Shown here one piece after another: positions 36,118-45,955 of a stretch of 64,000 nt of DNA; the stretch's first letter is position 1, and the number at the start of each line of letters is the position of its first letter. A model generated the notes under the pieces. That model was not told where the DNA came from. It worked only from the letters and a program-made list of their open reading frames with translations, and did no database searches. A program made the translations under genes and the position numbers. This stretch comes from Gemmatimonadales bacterium (GTDB taxonomy: Bacteria; Gemmatimonadota; Gemmatimonadetes; Gemmatimonadales; GWC2-71-9), in NCBI GenBank assembly GCA_036398175.1, contig DASWHL010000104.1:5281-69280 (forward strand), read 5' to 3'.

Positions 36118-37013
36118 GGCGCCCCGTTCACCCCCAGCGTGATCCGGTAGGTGGCGCCGAGATCGGAGGCGCCGCTCCCGCGCGCGATCCCGACCCGAAA
36201 CGGCCGCGCCTGGAACGCCACGCCCACCACGGGCTGCCACGAACCCACCCCGTAGCCGCCGCTCCAGTGGGCCCCGGCATCAATCAGCAGCCGCTCGGTC
36301 AGCAGGAGACCGATGCTCCCGACGTGGTCCGCTCCCGCCCGCTCGCGCGTGGCGAAGCCGTAGCGGAGTTGCAGCCGGGAAGCGAGCCCGATCACGGGGG
36401 CAATCCCGAAGGCATACTCGACGCCGCCCACGTAGCCCGAGGCCGCGCCGCCGGTGGCCAGGGGCTCCCCGAGATGCGTGGCCGCCCCGATCGCGAGACC
36501 GCGCAGGGGGCGGACGCGGACCCCGACGTCCAGCGTCACCCCGCCCGCGCCGAGCGCGTCGAGGCGTGCATCGTGGACCAGCAGGGTCACCCCCGCCTCG
36601 ACCGGCCCGACGCGACCACCGGCGACGGCGCCGGCGAACTGGGCGTAGACCGGGATCTCGGGTCCATCCACGATCGGCGAGGTGGACGTGCGGACGAGGT
36701 CGCCCACGGAGGCCCGGCCGGCGAGCACTCCCACCCCCGCGCGCCGCGCGAACCCGACCGCGGCCCCCAGGAGGACGCTCGACACGTTGACGACATCGGG
36801 CGCCTGATACACGTCCACGGCGAAGGCCGGACCATTGGCCGTGAGCACGCCGGCCGGGTTCCAGAAGGCCCCGGTTGGCCCGTCGGCCAGCGCGGCCGGC
36901 CGTACGAGCGTGCCCTCCGCCACCCGCCAGAGGTCCGCCCAGGCCGGGGCCTGCGCGCGCGCCGCGCACGGAAACAGGAGGAGGCCGCAAACCGCGGGCA
37001 CGGCGAAGCGCAT
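36114..37013 (-). CDS. Predicted outer-membrane beta-barrel protein (hypothetical)
   Basis: MRFAVPAVCGLLLFPCAARAQ signal peptide, an FWNPAG motif near the N-terminus, and alternating Gly/aromatic beta-strand-like segments up to a terminal ITLGVN. No confident family assignment. Confidence 0.55.
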   Translation of the reverse strand: MRFAVPAVCGLLLFPCAARAQAPAWADLWRVAEGTLVRPAALADGPTGAFWNPAGVLTANGPAFAVDVYQAPDVVNVSSVLLGAAVGFARRAGVGVLAGRASVGDLVRTSTSPIVDGPEIPVYAQFAGAVAGGRVGPVEAGVTLLVHDARLDALGAGGVTLDVGVRVRPLRGLAIGAATHLGEPLATGGAASGYVGGVEYAFGIAPVIGLASRLQLRYGFATRERAGADHVGSIGLLLTERLLIDAGAHWSGGYGVGSWQPVVGVAFQARPFRVGIARGSGASDLGATYRITLGVNGAP

Positions 37014-37118
37014 GCGGGGAAGGCTGGACGTCCGCCGCGGGCGTGTCAAGCGTCTGCTTGCTGGCGCCTCGGAGCGCCATTACGTTCAACCAATGCAATC
37101 ACTTAGGCTGCCAGGGCC

Positions 37119-37574
37119 GTGTTGCTCTCTCAGCTGCTGACACCCCAGAGAATCCGGGTTCCGCTCCTCGCTGCCGACAAGCAGTCGGCCCTGCACGCGC
37201 TGGTCGAGGCCGCGGCCGAGGGCAATGAGGCCGCGGCGGACGATCTCTACGCGGCCATCGAGGAGCGCGAAGCGGTGCTGTCCACCGGCGTCGGACACGG
37301 CGTGGCCATTCCGCACGGGCGCTCCGGGCAAGTGGGCCATCTGCTGGTGTCGGCGGGCGTCGTTCCCAGGGCCATCGAGTATGGGTCCCTCGACGGATTG
37401 CCGGTGCGGCTGCTCTTTCTGCTCGTGGGGCCGGAGAGCGAAGCCGGGCTGCACGTGAAAGCCCTGAGCCGCATCACCAGGCTCGTCCGGCAACCGCTCG
37501 TGCGGGAGCGCCTGCTGGCCACGACGAGCGGCGACGAATTCCATCGGGTCCTCCGGGAAGCGGAGGGGCCGTGA
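37119..37574 (+). CDS. ptsN: PTS EIIA type-2 domain protein (PtsN/EIIA-Ntr-like)
   Basis: 151 aa. STGVGHGVAIPHGR (phospho-His context), and LLFLLVGPE...HVKALSRI. Confidence 0.8.
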   Translation: MLLSQLLTPQRIRVPLLAADKQSALHALVEAAAEGNEAAADDLYAAIEEREAVLSTGVGHGVAIPHGRSGQVGHLLVSAGVVPRAIEYGSLDGLPVRLLFLLVGPESEAGLHVKALSRITRLVRQPLVRERLLATTSGDEFHRVLREAEGP

Positions 37575-39358
37575 CGGACGAGGGGGGAATGACGGCAACG
37601 GGGATGCGGACGCATCGGTGCGGTGCGCTGCGGCGCGAGCACGTCGGCCAGCGCGTGCGGCTCGGGGGCTGGGTGCATCGCCGCCGGGACCTTGGCGGGC
37701 TGCTGTTTCTCGACCTGCGGGACCGCGATGGGCTCCTCCAGGTGTCGCTCGGCCCGGCCTGGACACCGCCCGACGCGCTCGCCGCCGCCGCCGCCATCAC
37801 GGCCGAGTCCGTCGTGCTGGTCGAGGGCGAGGTCTGCCCGCGGCCGGACGGGCAGCGGAACCCCGACTTGCCGACCGGCGACGTCGAAGTGCGGGCCGCC
37901 GCGGTGCGTGTGGTGGGCCCGGCGCCCGCGGCGCTGCCGATCCCGGTCTGGCGCACGAAGGGCGAGGCGCCGCCGTCGGAAGAACTGCGTCTCCAGTACC
38001 GCTACCTGGATCTGCGGCGGCCCGAGATGCAGGCGCGCTTCCGGCTGCGGCACCGGCTGCTCCAGGTGGCGCGACGCACCATGACCGAACTGGGGTTCCT
38101 CGAGATCGAGACCCCCGTGCTGACCAAGCCCACGCCGGAGGGGGCGCGGGACTACCTGGTGCCGTCGCGCCTCCACGCGGGCCAGTTCTACGCGCTGCCG
38201 CAGTCGCCGCAGATCTACAAGCAGTTGCTCATGGTGGCGGGCTTCGACCGCTACTTCCAGCTCGCGCGCTGTTTCCGGGACGAGGACCTGCGCGCCGACC
38301 GGCAGCCGGAGTTCACGCAGATTGACCTCGAGGCGTCGTTCGTGACGGCGGACGACGTGTACGGCGCCGTGGAGGCCGTGCTCGTGGCCCTGTGGCGGGA
38401 GGCGGGTCACGCGGTCGCCCACCCGTTTCCGCGCCTCACGCACGCCGAGACGCTCGAGCGCTTCGGGACGGACAAGCCCGACCTGCGCTACGGCCTCGAG
38501 GTCGAGGACTGGACCGCGCGGCTCGTGGGCCGCGGCTTCCGGGCGTTCGACGACGCCCGCGAGGCCGGCGGGCGCGTGCGGGCCATCCGGGTGCCGGGCG
38601 GCGCGGTCCTCTCCCGCAAGGACCTCGATCAGCTCACCGAGCTCGCGCGGAAGGGCGGGGCCGGCGGGCTGGCCGTCGCGAAGCGGCAGGGGGAGCAGCT
38701 CACCGGACCGCTGGCCAGGCTCGAGGGCGCGTCGGCCGCCCTGTTCGGTCTCGCGGACGGCGACGTCCTCCTGGCCGCCGCCGGGCCGGATACCGTGACC
38801 GGCCCCGCGCTCGACCGCGTGCGGGGCGGCCTGATCGCCCGGCTCGCGCCCACGCCGGCCACCGCGCACGCGTTCCTCTGGGTCGAGGGTTTCCCGCTGT
38901 TCGAACGGGACCCGGATACGGGGGCCCTCGTGTTCGCCCACCATCCGTTCACCGCGCCCCACCCCGACGACCAGGACCGCTTCCTGGCGGGCGAGACCGC
39001 GGGCGTGCGCGCGCTGCACTACGACGCCGTCTACAATGGACACGAGCTGGGCAGCGGCTCCATCCGCATCACCGATCCCGCCGTCCAGCTGCGGGTATTC
39101 GCGGCCCTGGGCATGGACCAGGCCGAGGCGCGGCGCCGGTTCGGGTTCCTGCTCGACGCGCTCGCGGTGGGGGCGCCCCCGCACGGCGGGTTCGCGATCG
39201 GATTCGACCGCGTGGCCATGCTGCTCGCGGGGGGCGAGAGCCTGCGGGATGTGATCGCCTTTCCCAAGACGACGGCGGCGCGGGCCCTCTTCGAAGACGC
39301 GCCCGTTGCCGTGACGCCGGCCGAGCTGGCGGCCCTGCACCTGCGGGTGGCGCCGTGA
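37571..39358 (+). CDS. aspS: Aspartate--tRNA ligase
   Basis: MRTHRCGALRREHVGQRVRLGGWVHRRRDLGGLLFLDLRDRDG, FYALPQSPQIYKQLLM, CFRDEDLRADRQPEFTQID and GLDR-type FAIGFDRV. The conserved N-terminus suggests the ATG at 37604 may be the true start; the GTG at 37571 overlaps the ptsN stop. Confidence 0.95.
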   Translation: MTDEGGMTATGMRTHRCGALRREHVGQRVRLGGWVHRRRDLGGLLFLDLRDRDGLLQVSLGPAWTPPDALAAAAAITAESVVLVEGEVCPRPDGQRNPDLPTGDVEVRAAAVRVVGPAPAALPIPVWRTKGEAPPSEELRLQYRYLDLRRPEMQARFRLRHRLLQVARRTMTELGFLEIETPVLTKPTPEGARDYLVPSRLHAGQFYALPQSPQIYKQLLMVAGFDRYFQLARCFRDEDLRADRQPEFTQIDLEASFVTADDVYGAVEAVLVALWREAGHAVAHPFPRLTHAETLERFGTDKPDLRYGLEVEDWTARLVGRGFRAFDDAREAGGRVRAIRVPGGAVLSRKDLDQLTELARKGGAGGLAVAKRQGEQLTGPLARLEGASAALFGLADGDVLLAAAGPDTVTGPALDRVRGGLIARLAPTPATAHAFLWVEGFPLFERDPDTGALVFAHHPFTAPHPDDQDRFLAGETAGVRALHYDAVYNGHELGSGSIRITDPAVQLRVFAALGMDQAEARRRFGFLLDALAVGAPPHGGFAIGFDRVAMLLAGGESLRDVIAFPKTTAARALFEDAPVAVTPAELAALHLRVAP

Positions 39359-40299
39359 GCGACGTCATCCACCGCGTCCCCGCGGAGGGGGCGGACCCCC
39401 TGCTGCTGGCGGGCGTGCACGATCGGCACCTGATTGACCTGGCGCGGGCCACCGAGACGCAGGTGGCGCTGCGCGGCGATCAGCTCGTCCTCACCGGCCC
39501 GTTGCCCAACGTGGAGCGGGCCACGCGCCTCGCCGCCGCGCTGGTGGAGCGGGCGCGTCGCGGGGACCTCGACGCCGACGACGTCCAGCGACTCCTCACC
39601 GACGGGCCGGATCCGGACGACGGGGCGAACGGCGAGTTGCGGATCGCCCTGCCGGGCGTCCGGAAGGTGGTCCAGCCCAAGACGCCCGGGCAGCGGGACT
39701 ACGTGCAGGCCATCCGGGAGCACGAGATCGTGATCGGCGTGGGGCCGGCGGGAACCGGCAAGACGTACCTCGCCTGCGCCCTCGGCGTCGAGTTCCTGAG
39801 CCGCAAGCTGGTGCGCCGGCTGGTCCTGGCCCGCCCCGCGGTGGAAGCGGGCGAGCGACTCGGCTTCCTGCCCGGCGATCTCCAGGCGAAGGTGGATCCC
39901 TATCTGCGCCCGCTCTACGACGCGCTCGAGGACCTCATGCCGGCCGAGCGCATGCAGCGCGCGCTGGAGACCCGCACCATCGAGATCGCGCCGCTCGCCT
40001 ATATGCGGGGCCGCACGCTGTCCGACGCGTTCGTGATCCTGGACGAAGCCCAGAACGTGACGGGCGGGCAGATGAAGATGTTCCTCACGCGGCTCGGCCT
40101 CAACTCGCGGGCCGTGGTGATCGGCGACAAGACCCAGATTGACCTGCCGCACCGCGAGGAGTCCGGCCTGATCCAGGTCGAGCGGATCCTGCCCGGGATT
40201 GACGGCGTGGCCTTCTGCTATCTCGAGGAGCGGGACGTGGTCCGGCACCGGTTGGTGCGCGAGATCATCCGCGCCTATACCGAGGATCAGAACGGATGA
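39355..40299 (+). CDS. phoH: PhoH family ATPase
   Basis: The GTG at 39355 overlaps the aspS stop. Motifs: QRDYVQAIREHEIVIGVGPAGTGKTYLA, ARPAVEAGERLGFLPGDL and ILDEAQN. Confidence 0.92.
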   Translation: MSDVIHRVPAEGADPLLLAGVHDRHLIDLARATETQVALRGDQLVLTGPLPNVERATRLAAALVERARRGDLDADDVQRLLTDGPDPDDGANGELRIALPGVRKVVQPKTPGQRDYVQAIREHEIVIGVGPAGTGKTYLACALGVEFLSRKLVRRLVLARPAVEAGERLGFLPGDLQAKVDPYLRPLYDALEDLMPAERMQRALETRTIEIAPLAYMRGRTLSDAFVILDEAQNVTGGQMKMFLTRLGLNSRAVVIGDKTQIDLPHREESGLIQVERILPGIDGVAFCYLEERDVVRHRLVREIIRAYTEDQNG

Positions 40300-42497
40300 A
40301 GCGCAAGCGGCGGTTCACGGTCCCCATCGAGCCTCCGGCGCCGGAGCTGCCGCCGCATGTCGGCTTCCACGCCGTGCGATGGCTGCCGGTGGGGGGGCTG
40401 GCGCTGCTGATGCTCCTCCTCTATCCCGGCGCGGGGCGGGTGGCCGCCCCCCCGCTCGAATCCGGCCAGGTGGCGCTCGAGGACGTGGTGGCGCCGTTCG
40501 ATTTCTCGGTGCGGAAGACCTCCGCCGAGCTGGCGCGGGAAGGCGACCAACTCGAGGCCACCGTCCGCCCCATCTATCAGTTCCAGCCCGCGGGGCTCGA
40601 CACGGCCCTCGCCACCGCGGTGCAGCTCTTTGCCACGCTGGACAGCGCCGGGTCGGCGGAGCAGCTCGAGGCGCTCGCGCTGGCCCGCGGGCTCCGGCTG
40701 AGCCCGGAGGAGGCCGCGTTCCTGGTCGAGCCGGGCCGCCGCGCGGCGTTCCGGACGGCCACCCTGGACTTCCTCCGGCGCGAACTGGGTCGCGGCGTCA
40801 CCGGCAGCGGCGTCCTTCAGGCGGAACCGGCGCGCGATATCGTGGTCCGGCATGGACAGACGGAACGGCTCATGAGCCGGGACGCGGTAACCGACTATCA
40901 GCGCTATCTGGCCGCGCGCTCCGAGCGCCATCCGACGCCCAACTCGACGATCGGCGACCAGGTGTACGTCAAGATCCTGAATCTGGCGTTCCGGCCGACG
41001 CTGCTGTTCAACCGGGCGGAAACCGACTCGCTGCGGCAGGCCCTGCGGCAGAGCGTGGACTCGGTGAAGGACCACGTGCGGGCCAACGAGCTGATCGTCG
41101 GCGCGCACCGGGTGGTGACGCCCGACGTGCACGCCCGCCTGGACGCGCTCCGCGCCGCGCTGGTGGCACAGGACCCCGCGGGGCGGAGCCCGCGGGCGGT
41201 AGTCGGGCAGTTTCTCATCGCCGGCCTCGTGCTGTCGGTGTTCTGGCTGCTGCTCCTGCTCTACCGCCGGGAGTCGTACGTCAACGGCCGGCACATCGCC
41301 GTCTTCACGGTGATCTTCGCGGTCGTGATCACGGGGGCGGCGCTCAACGTCCGGTTCCTCCATCCCGGCGCGGAGCTGATCCCCATCCCGTTCGCGGCCA
41401 TGCTGCTCACGGCGCTGTTCAGCGGCCGGGTGGCCATGCTCGGCGCGGCGACGCTCTCGGTACTCGTCGCGTCGCAGCCCACGTACCAGCTGCCGAGCGC
41501 GTTGTACCTCGCCCTGATCGGCGGGGTGGCCGCCGCCGTGGGCATGCGGGTGGTGCGGCGCCGCACGCACATCCTGACGACCATGGCCATCGTGGCCCTC
41601 GCGTTCGGGGTGGCCGCGGTGGCGGTCGGCATGCAGCAGGGCTGGGCGCCCGAGGCGATCGGCGCCAGCGCGCTTCGCGGCACGGTCAACGCGGTCGTCT
41701 CCGCGGCGCTGGTCGGCGTGGTGCTCCCGCTGTTCGAGGCGCTCGGACGGATCACGACGGACGTGACGCTCCTCGAGCTGTCGGATCCCATGCATCCCCT
41801 GCTGCGGCGGATGGCCACGGAGACGCCGGGCACGTACGCGCACAGCCTTGCCATGGCCAATCTGTGCGAGGCGGCGTGCAACGCCATCGGCGCCAACGGG
41901 CTCCTCGCGCGGGTGGGATGCTACTACCATGACGTCGGCAAGCTCGCGAAGCCCCAGTTCTTCGTCGAGAACCAGACGCCCGGGGCCAACCCGCACGACA
42001 AGCTCAAGCCGGAGGTGTCGGCCCAGCTGATCCGGAGCCATGTGAGGGAGGGCATCGCGCTGGCGGAGGAGGCCCGGCTGCCGGATGCGGTCATCGCGTT
42101 CATTCCGGAGCATCATGGGACGGCGGAGATCACGTACTTCCTGGAACGGGCCCGGGCTCGGGGCGACGGAGAGGTCTCGCCCGAGGCGTTCCGCTATCCC
42201 GGCCCACGCCCGCGGTCGGTCGAGACGGCCGTGGCGATGCTCGCGGACGGGGTCGAGGCCGCCCTTCGCGTGCTCGAGGACCCGAGTCCGGAGAAGCTGC
42301 GGGACGCCATTGATCACCTGGTCCTCCAGCGCGTGGAGTCCGGGCAGCTCGACGATGCACCGCTCACGCTCTCCCAGCTCGAGCGCGTGAAGCAGGAGTT
42401 CGTCCGGGTCCTGTCCGGGATCCACCACAATCGGATTGACTACCCGGCCACCGCCGGGGGCATCGGTGCGGACTGGACGCCTGCGACCTCCGCATGA
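40296..42497 (+). CDS. pgpH: 7TM-receptor HD (HDIG) phosphohydrolase, PgpH-like (putative cyclic-di-AMP phosphodiesterase)
   Basis: 733 aa with an extracellular N-terminal region, a ~7-TM block and a C-terminal HD domain (THSLAMANL...YYHDVGK...IPEHHG). ATGA overlap with the phoH stop. Confidence 0.85.
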   Translation: MKRKRRFTVPIEPPAPELPPHVGFHAVRWLPVGGLALLMLLLYPGAGRVAAPPLESGQVALEDVVAPFDFSVRKTSAELAREGDQLEATVRPIYQFQPAGLDTALATAVQLFATLDSAGSAEQLEALALARGLRLSPEEAAFLVEPGRRAAFRTATLDFLRRELGRGVTGSGVLQAEPARDIVVRHGQTERLMSRDAVTDYQRYLAARSERHPTPNSTIGDQVYVKILNLAFRPTLLFNRAETDSLRQALRQSVDSVKDHVRANELIVGAHRVVTPDVHARLDALRAALVAQDPAGRSPRAVVGQFLIAGLVLSVFWLLLLLYRRESYVNGRHIAVFTVIFAVVITGAALNVRFLHPGAELIPIPFAAMLLTALFSGRVAMLGAATLSVLVASQPTYQLPSALYLALIGGVAAAVGMRVVRRRTHILTTMAIVALAFGVAAVAVGMQQGWAPEAIGASALRGTVNAVVSAALVGVVLPLFEALGRITTDVTLLELSDPMHPLLRRMATETPGTYAHSLAMANLCEAACNAIGANGLLARVGCYYHDVGKLAKPQFFVENQTPGANPHDKLKPEVSAQLIRSHVREGIALAEEARLPDAVIAFIPEHHGTAEITYFLERARARGDGEVSPEAFRYPGPRPRSVETAVAMLADGVEAALRVLEDPSPEKLRDAIDHLVLQRVESGQLDDAPLTLSQLERVKQEFVRVLSGIHHNRIDYPATAGGIGADWTPATSA

Positions 42498-42498
42498 G

Positions 42499-42927
42499 GT
42501 GCGGATCGCGACGCTCGGGGTGGCGGCGCCGCTGCCCCCACCGGCGGTGCGCCGAGCGGTCCGGACGGTGCTCGCCGGCGAGCGGACGGGGCCGGCGGCC
42601 CTCAGCGTGACCTTCCTGTCGAGCCAGCGCATGCGCGCCGCGCATCGCCGCGCGCTGGGCCGCGACCGCGCAACCGACGTGCTCGCCTTCGCGATGCGGC
42701 ACGGCCCCACCCTCGTGGGCGACGTCTACGTCTGTCCACCCGCCGCCGCCGCCTCGGCCGCCCGGTTTGGGGTCCCGCTCCGGGAGGAGGTGGTCCGTCT
42801 CGTGGTGCACGGAACGCTCCACGCGCTCGGCTACGACCACCCCCCGGGCACCGCGCGCACGCGCTCCCCCATGTGGCGGCGCCAGGAACGCTACGTGCGG
42901 GCCGTGCTGCGGAGTGGCGCGCGATGA
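42499..42927 (+). CDS. ybeY: rRNA maturation endoribonuclease YbeY
   Basis: ATDVLAF....GDVYVC and the zinc motif HGTLHALGYDH. The GTG at 42499 lies just after the pgpH stop. Confidence 0.88.
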   Translation: MRIATLGVAAPLPPPAVRRAVRTVLAGERTGPAALSVTFLSSQRMRAAHRRALGRDRATDVLAFAMRHGPTLVGDVYVCPPAAAASAARFGVPLREEVVRLVVHGTLHALGYDHPPGTARTRSPMWRRQERYVRAVLRSGAR

Positions 42928-44138
42928 TCGCCGCCGCCACCGCCGGGATGGCCGCGGGTGCCGCCGCCGCCGCGTGGGCGGCGCTCCTCGCGCTCGGAGG
43001 CGAGGCGCCGAGGATCGGGAGTACCGTCGGTGACCCGCCGCCCGAGGCCCGCACGCGGATGCCCGTGGCCCGCGCGTTCCGCCTGGCGCGCATGGCGCTC
43101 CTCACGGTGGGGGCGGTGAGCGTGGGCCTTGCCTCCGCCTGGTGGACACGACCCCCGGCCAACGCCGCCCTCCTCCTGGGAGTCGCCTGGGTGCTCCTGC
43201 TCCTCGTGGGCGAGGTCCTGCCCCGGGCGCTCGGCCTGCTGGCGCCGGCCCTGGCCGCGCGCGCCCTCCCGTCGGCCCGCGCCTCCCTGTGGCCGTTCCG
43301 GCCCCTGCTCGGGATCATCGGGGGGATGGACCAGCTGGCGCATCGCGTGCTGCCCCCGACTTCCGCGCAGGCGGGCGGGCATATCGGGGCGGCGCAGCGG
43401 GACATGCTGCTCGGGGTCTTCTCGCTCGAAGACACCGCCATCGAAGACGTGATGACCCCGCGGCTCGACATCGTCGGCACGTCGCACGACGCCTCCTGGA
43501 CCGAACTGCTCGGCGTCGTGCGTAGCAGCGAGCACTCGCGCATCCCGGTGTTCCGCGACTCGATGGACGATGTCGCGGGCATCGTCTACGCCAAGGACCT
43601 GGCGCCCGTGACGATCGGCGCGGCACCGCCGCCCGAACGGTGGCAGGAGCTGATCCGGCCGGTGCCGTTCGTCCCGGAATCCAAGTCGCTGGCGGCGCAG
43701 CTGCGGGACTTTCAGCGGGGGACGGGCCACCTCGCGATCGTCGTGGACGAGTTCGGCGGGACGTCGGGCCTGGTGACCCTCGAGGACGTGCTCGAGGAGA
43801 TCGTCGGGGAAATCCACGACGAATACGACGTCAACGAGGAGCCCCAGATCGAACGAGAGGGCAACCAGCGGTTCTGGGTGAACGGCCGCGTCACGCTCGA
43901 CGATCTCTCGGCAACCCTGGGCGCCCCGTTCGAGCGCGAGGAGGTCAGCACGGTCGGCGGCCTGATCTACGCCGAGCTGGGGCGGGTCCCGCGGCCGGGA
44001 GAGGAGCTGCGGGTCGCCGGGTTCCGCCTGGTCGTCGAGCAGGTCGTGCGCCGGCGCATCCACCGCGTCTACTTCGAGCGGCTCGCGCCCGCGGCGGTGC
44101 CGGACACCGATCCGGCCGAGCTGGGAGAGCTGTCGTGA
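42924..44138 (+). CDS. corC: CNNM/CorC-family protein (DUF21 TM domain, CBS pair, CorC_HlyC)
   Basis: The ATG at 42924 overlaps the ybeY stop. Motifs: FSLEDTAIEDVMTPR, HSRIPVF, AIVVDEFGGTSGLVTLEDVLEEIVGEI, and a C-terminal ...FRLVVEQVVRRRIHRVYFER. Confidence 0.85.
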   Translation: MIAAATAGMAAGAAAAAWAALLALGGEAPRIGSTVGDPPPEARTRMPVARAFRLARMALLTVGAVSVGLASAWWTRPPANAALLLGVAWVLLLLVGEVLPRALGLLAPALAARALPSARASLWPFRPLLGIIGGMDQLAHRVLPPTSAQAGGHIGAAQRDMLLGVFSLEDTAIEDVMTPRLDIVGTSHDASWTELLGVVRSSEHSRIPVFRDSMDDVAGIVYAKDLAPVTIGAAPPPERWQELIRPVPFVPESKSLAAQLRDFQRGTGHLAIVVDEFGGTSGLVTLEDVLEEIVGEIHDEYDVNEEPQIEREGNQRFWVNGRVTLDDLSATLGAPFEREEVSTVGGLIYAELGRVPRPGEELRVAGFRLVVEQVVRRRIHRVYFERLAPAAVPDTDPAELGELS

Positions 44139-45295
44139 GCGGGCCCACGCTCACCGTGATCGGACTCGGCGTCGCCGGGATCGGGAGCATGATCGTCGCG
44201 GGAGCCGGCGGGGTCAGCCGGCTCGCGCTGGCACGGTGGGTGTCCCAGCGCCAGCACGGGAGCGCCCTTGCCGCGGCCCTGTTGTCAGCACCGGCCAAGG
44301 TGGTGGGGCCCGCCCTCTGGCTCACGGCCGGCGGCGTGCTGCTGGCCGGGCTCGGGTTCGCCGCGGTGCTGGCACCCCTCTCGCTGGGGGGGAGGCTAGC
44401 CACGATCGTGGTCGGGATTCCCGCCCTACTGGGCCTGACCTACGCGGTGCCGCGCGCCATCGGCCATCGGTGGCCCGAGCCGCTCATCCGGGCGGCCGCG
44501 CCGTGGCTCGAACGGGCCGCGCGGCTGGCGGGGCCGCTGGTCCCGGCGGGTCCCGGGGGCGGGAGCCTCCCCACCCGGCACGGGGCGGAAACCGTGGGCG
44601 AGGAGGAGATCATCGTGCTGGCGGGTGTCCTCACCTTCACGGAACGCACGGTCCGGGAGGTGATGACGCCCCGCACCGAGATCGTGGCGCTCGACGAGGC
44701 CACGGTGGCCCGCGACGCGGCCGTCCTGTTCCGCGAGTCCGGCTATTCCCGGCTCCCGGTCTACCGGGAGTCCCTCGACCACATCACGGGCATGACCTAC
44801 GTGTTCGACCTGCTCAAAGTGGGGGCTGGTGAGCGGCTCCCGATCCGTCCCGTGCTGGCCGTGCCCGCAACCCGGCGCTGCGCGGACCTGCTGTTCGACA
44901 TGCAGCGCGAGCGCCGGCAGCTGGCGGTCGTGCTCGACGAATTCGGCGGCACGGCGGGCATGGTGACGCTCGAAGACCTGCTCGAGGAGCTGGTGGGGGA
45001 GATTTCCGACGAAACCGACACGACCGTCCCCGACGCGGGACTCGAGACCGACCTGCTGGACGTGGACGGCATGGTCGGGGTGCAGGAGATCGCCGCGCGG
45101 TTCGGGGTCACCCTGCCCGGCGGGCGCGAGACGATCGGCGGCGTGCTGGCGACCGCGCTCGGCCGCATCCCGCGAGCGGGCGAGCGCGTGGTCCTGGGCG
45201 GGCTGGAGTTCGACATCCTGCGGGCCAGTGCCACGCGGCTCGAACGCGTGGTGGTGCGCCCCGCGCCACCCCCGGTCACCGTCGTGAAGGGCTGA
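44135..45295 (+). CDS. Second CNNM/CorC-family paralog (TM domain, CBS pair, CorC_HlyC)
   Basis: The GTG at 44135 overlaps the corC stop. Motifs: FTERTVREVMTPR, YSRLPVY, AVVLDEFGGTAGMVTLEDLLEELVGEI, and C-terminal LEFDILRASATRLERVVV. Confidence 0.8.
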   Translation: MSGPTLTVIGLGVAGIGSMIVAGAGGVSRLALARWVSQRQHGSALAAALLSAPAKVVGPALWLTAGGVLLAGLGFAAVLAPLSLGGRLATIVVGIPALLGLTYAVPRAIGHRWPEPLIRAAAPWLERAARLAGPLVPAGPGGGSLPTRHGAETVGEEEIIVLAGVLTFTERTVREVMTPRTEIVALDEATVARDAAVLFRESGYSRLPVYRESLDHITGMTYVFDLLKVGAGERLPIRPVLAVPATRRCADLLFDMQRERRQLAVVLDEFGGTAGMVTLEDLLEELVGEISDETDTTVPDAGLETDLLDVDGMVGVQEIAARFGVTLPGGRETIGGVLATALGRIPRAGERVVLGGLEFDILRASATRLERVVVRPAPPPVTVVKG

Positions 45296-45298
45296 GCC

Positions 45299-45955
45299 AT
45301 GGCGCGCGCCCCGCGGCTCCGGCGCTACTTCCTGGTCGGGTTGATCGTCCTGGCCCCCGCCGGCGTGACGGTCGTGGTGCTCCGCTGGATCTTCGAGCGG
45401 CTCGACGCCATTCTGGGCGAACCGATCCAGGCCGCCATCGGATTCCGCATCCCCGGCCTCGGGTTCATCCTCCTCGGCCTCGTCGTCCTGACCGTCGGAT
45501 GGATCGTGCATCAGGCCATCGGGCGGCGGCTGCTGCGCGCCTGGAACGAGACGCTCGTGCGGTTCCCCGTGGCGGGGCGCCTGTACAACGCCGCCAGCCA
45601 GATCGTGCAGAGCGTGGTCAGCGACCGGAGCCGGATCTTCAAGCGCACCGTGCTGGTCCCGTTCCCGACGGACGGCGTCTGGTCCGTGGGGTTCGTGACC
45701 AACGAGTTGGCCCCCGTGATGTCGCAGATCGTGGGGCAACCCTGCGTGAACGTGTTCGTCCCGACCACGCCCAACCCGACCTCGGGCCTGCTGATGGTCG
45801 TCCCGCGGAGCCGGATCATCGAAACCGACATCGCCATCGAAGAGGCCATGAAGTTCGTGATCTCCGCCGGCGCGGTGTCCCCGACGGGCGGCCTCGTGCC
45901 GGCCCCGCGGCGCGGGCTCGATCTCGACGACCTGTTCCGGGAGCGGCCGTCATGA
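45299..45955 (+). CDS. DUF502 family membrane protein
   Basis: RRYFLVGLIVLAPAGVTVVVLRWIF...IPGLGFILLGLVVL...PFPTDGVWSVGFVT...VFVPTTPNPTSG is the characteristic DUF502 pattern. Confidence 0.8.
   Translation: MARAPRLRRYFLVGLIVLAPAGVTVVVLRWIFERLDAILGEPIQAAIGFRIPGLGFILLGLVVLTVGWIVHQAIGRRLLRAWNETLVRFPVAGRLYNAASQIVQSVVSDRSRIFKRTVLVPFPTDGVWSVGFVTNELAPVMSQIVGQPCVNVFVPTTPNPTSGLLMVVPRSRIIETDIAIEEAMKFVISAGAVSPTGGLVPAPRRGLDLDDLFRERPS

Noticed and set aside
37247-39340. 697-aa minus-strand ORF.
   Set aside because: It is antisense to aspS, a class II aaRS with clear motifs on the plus strand.
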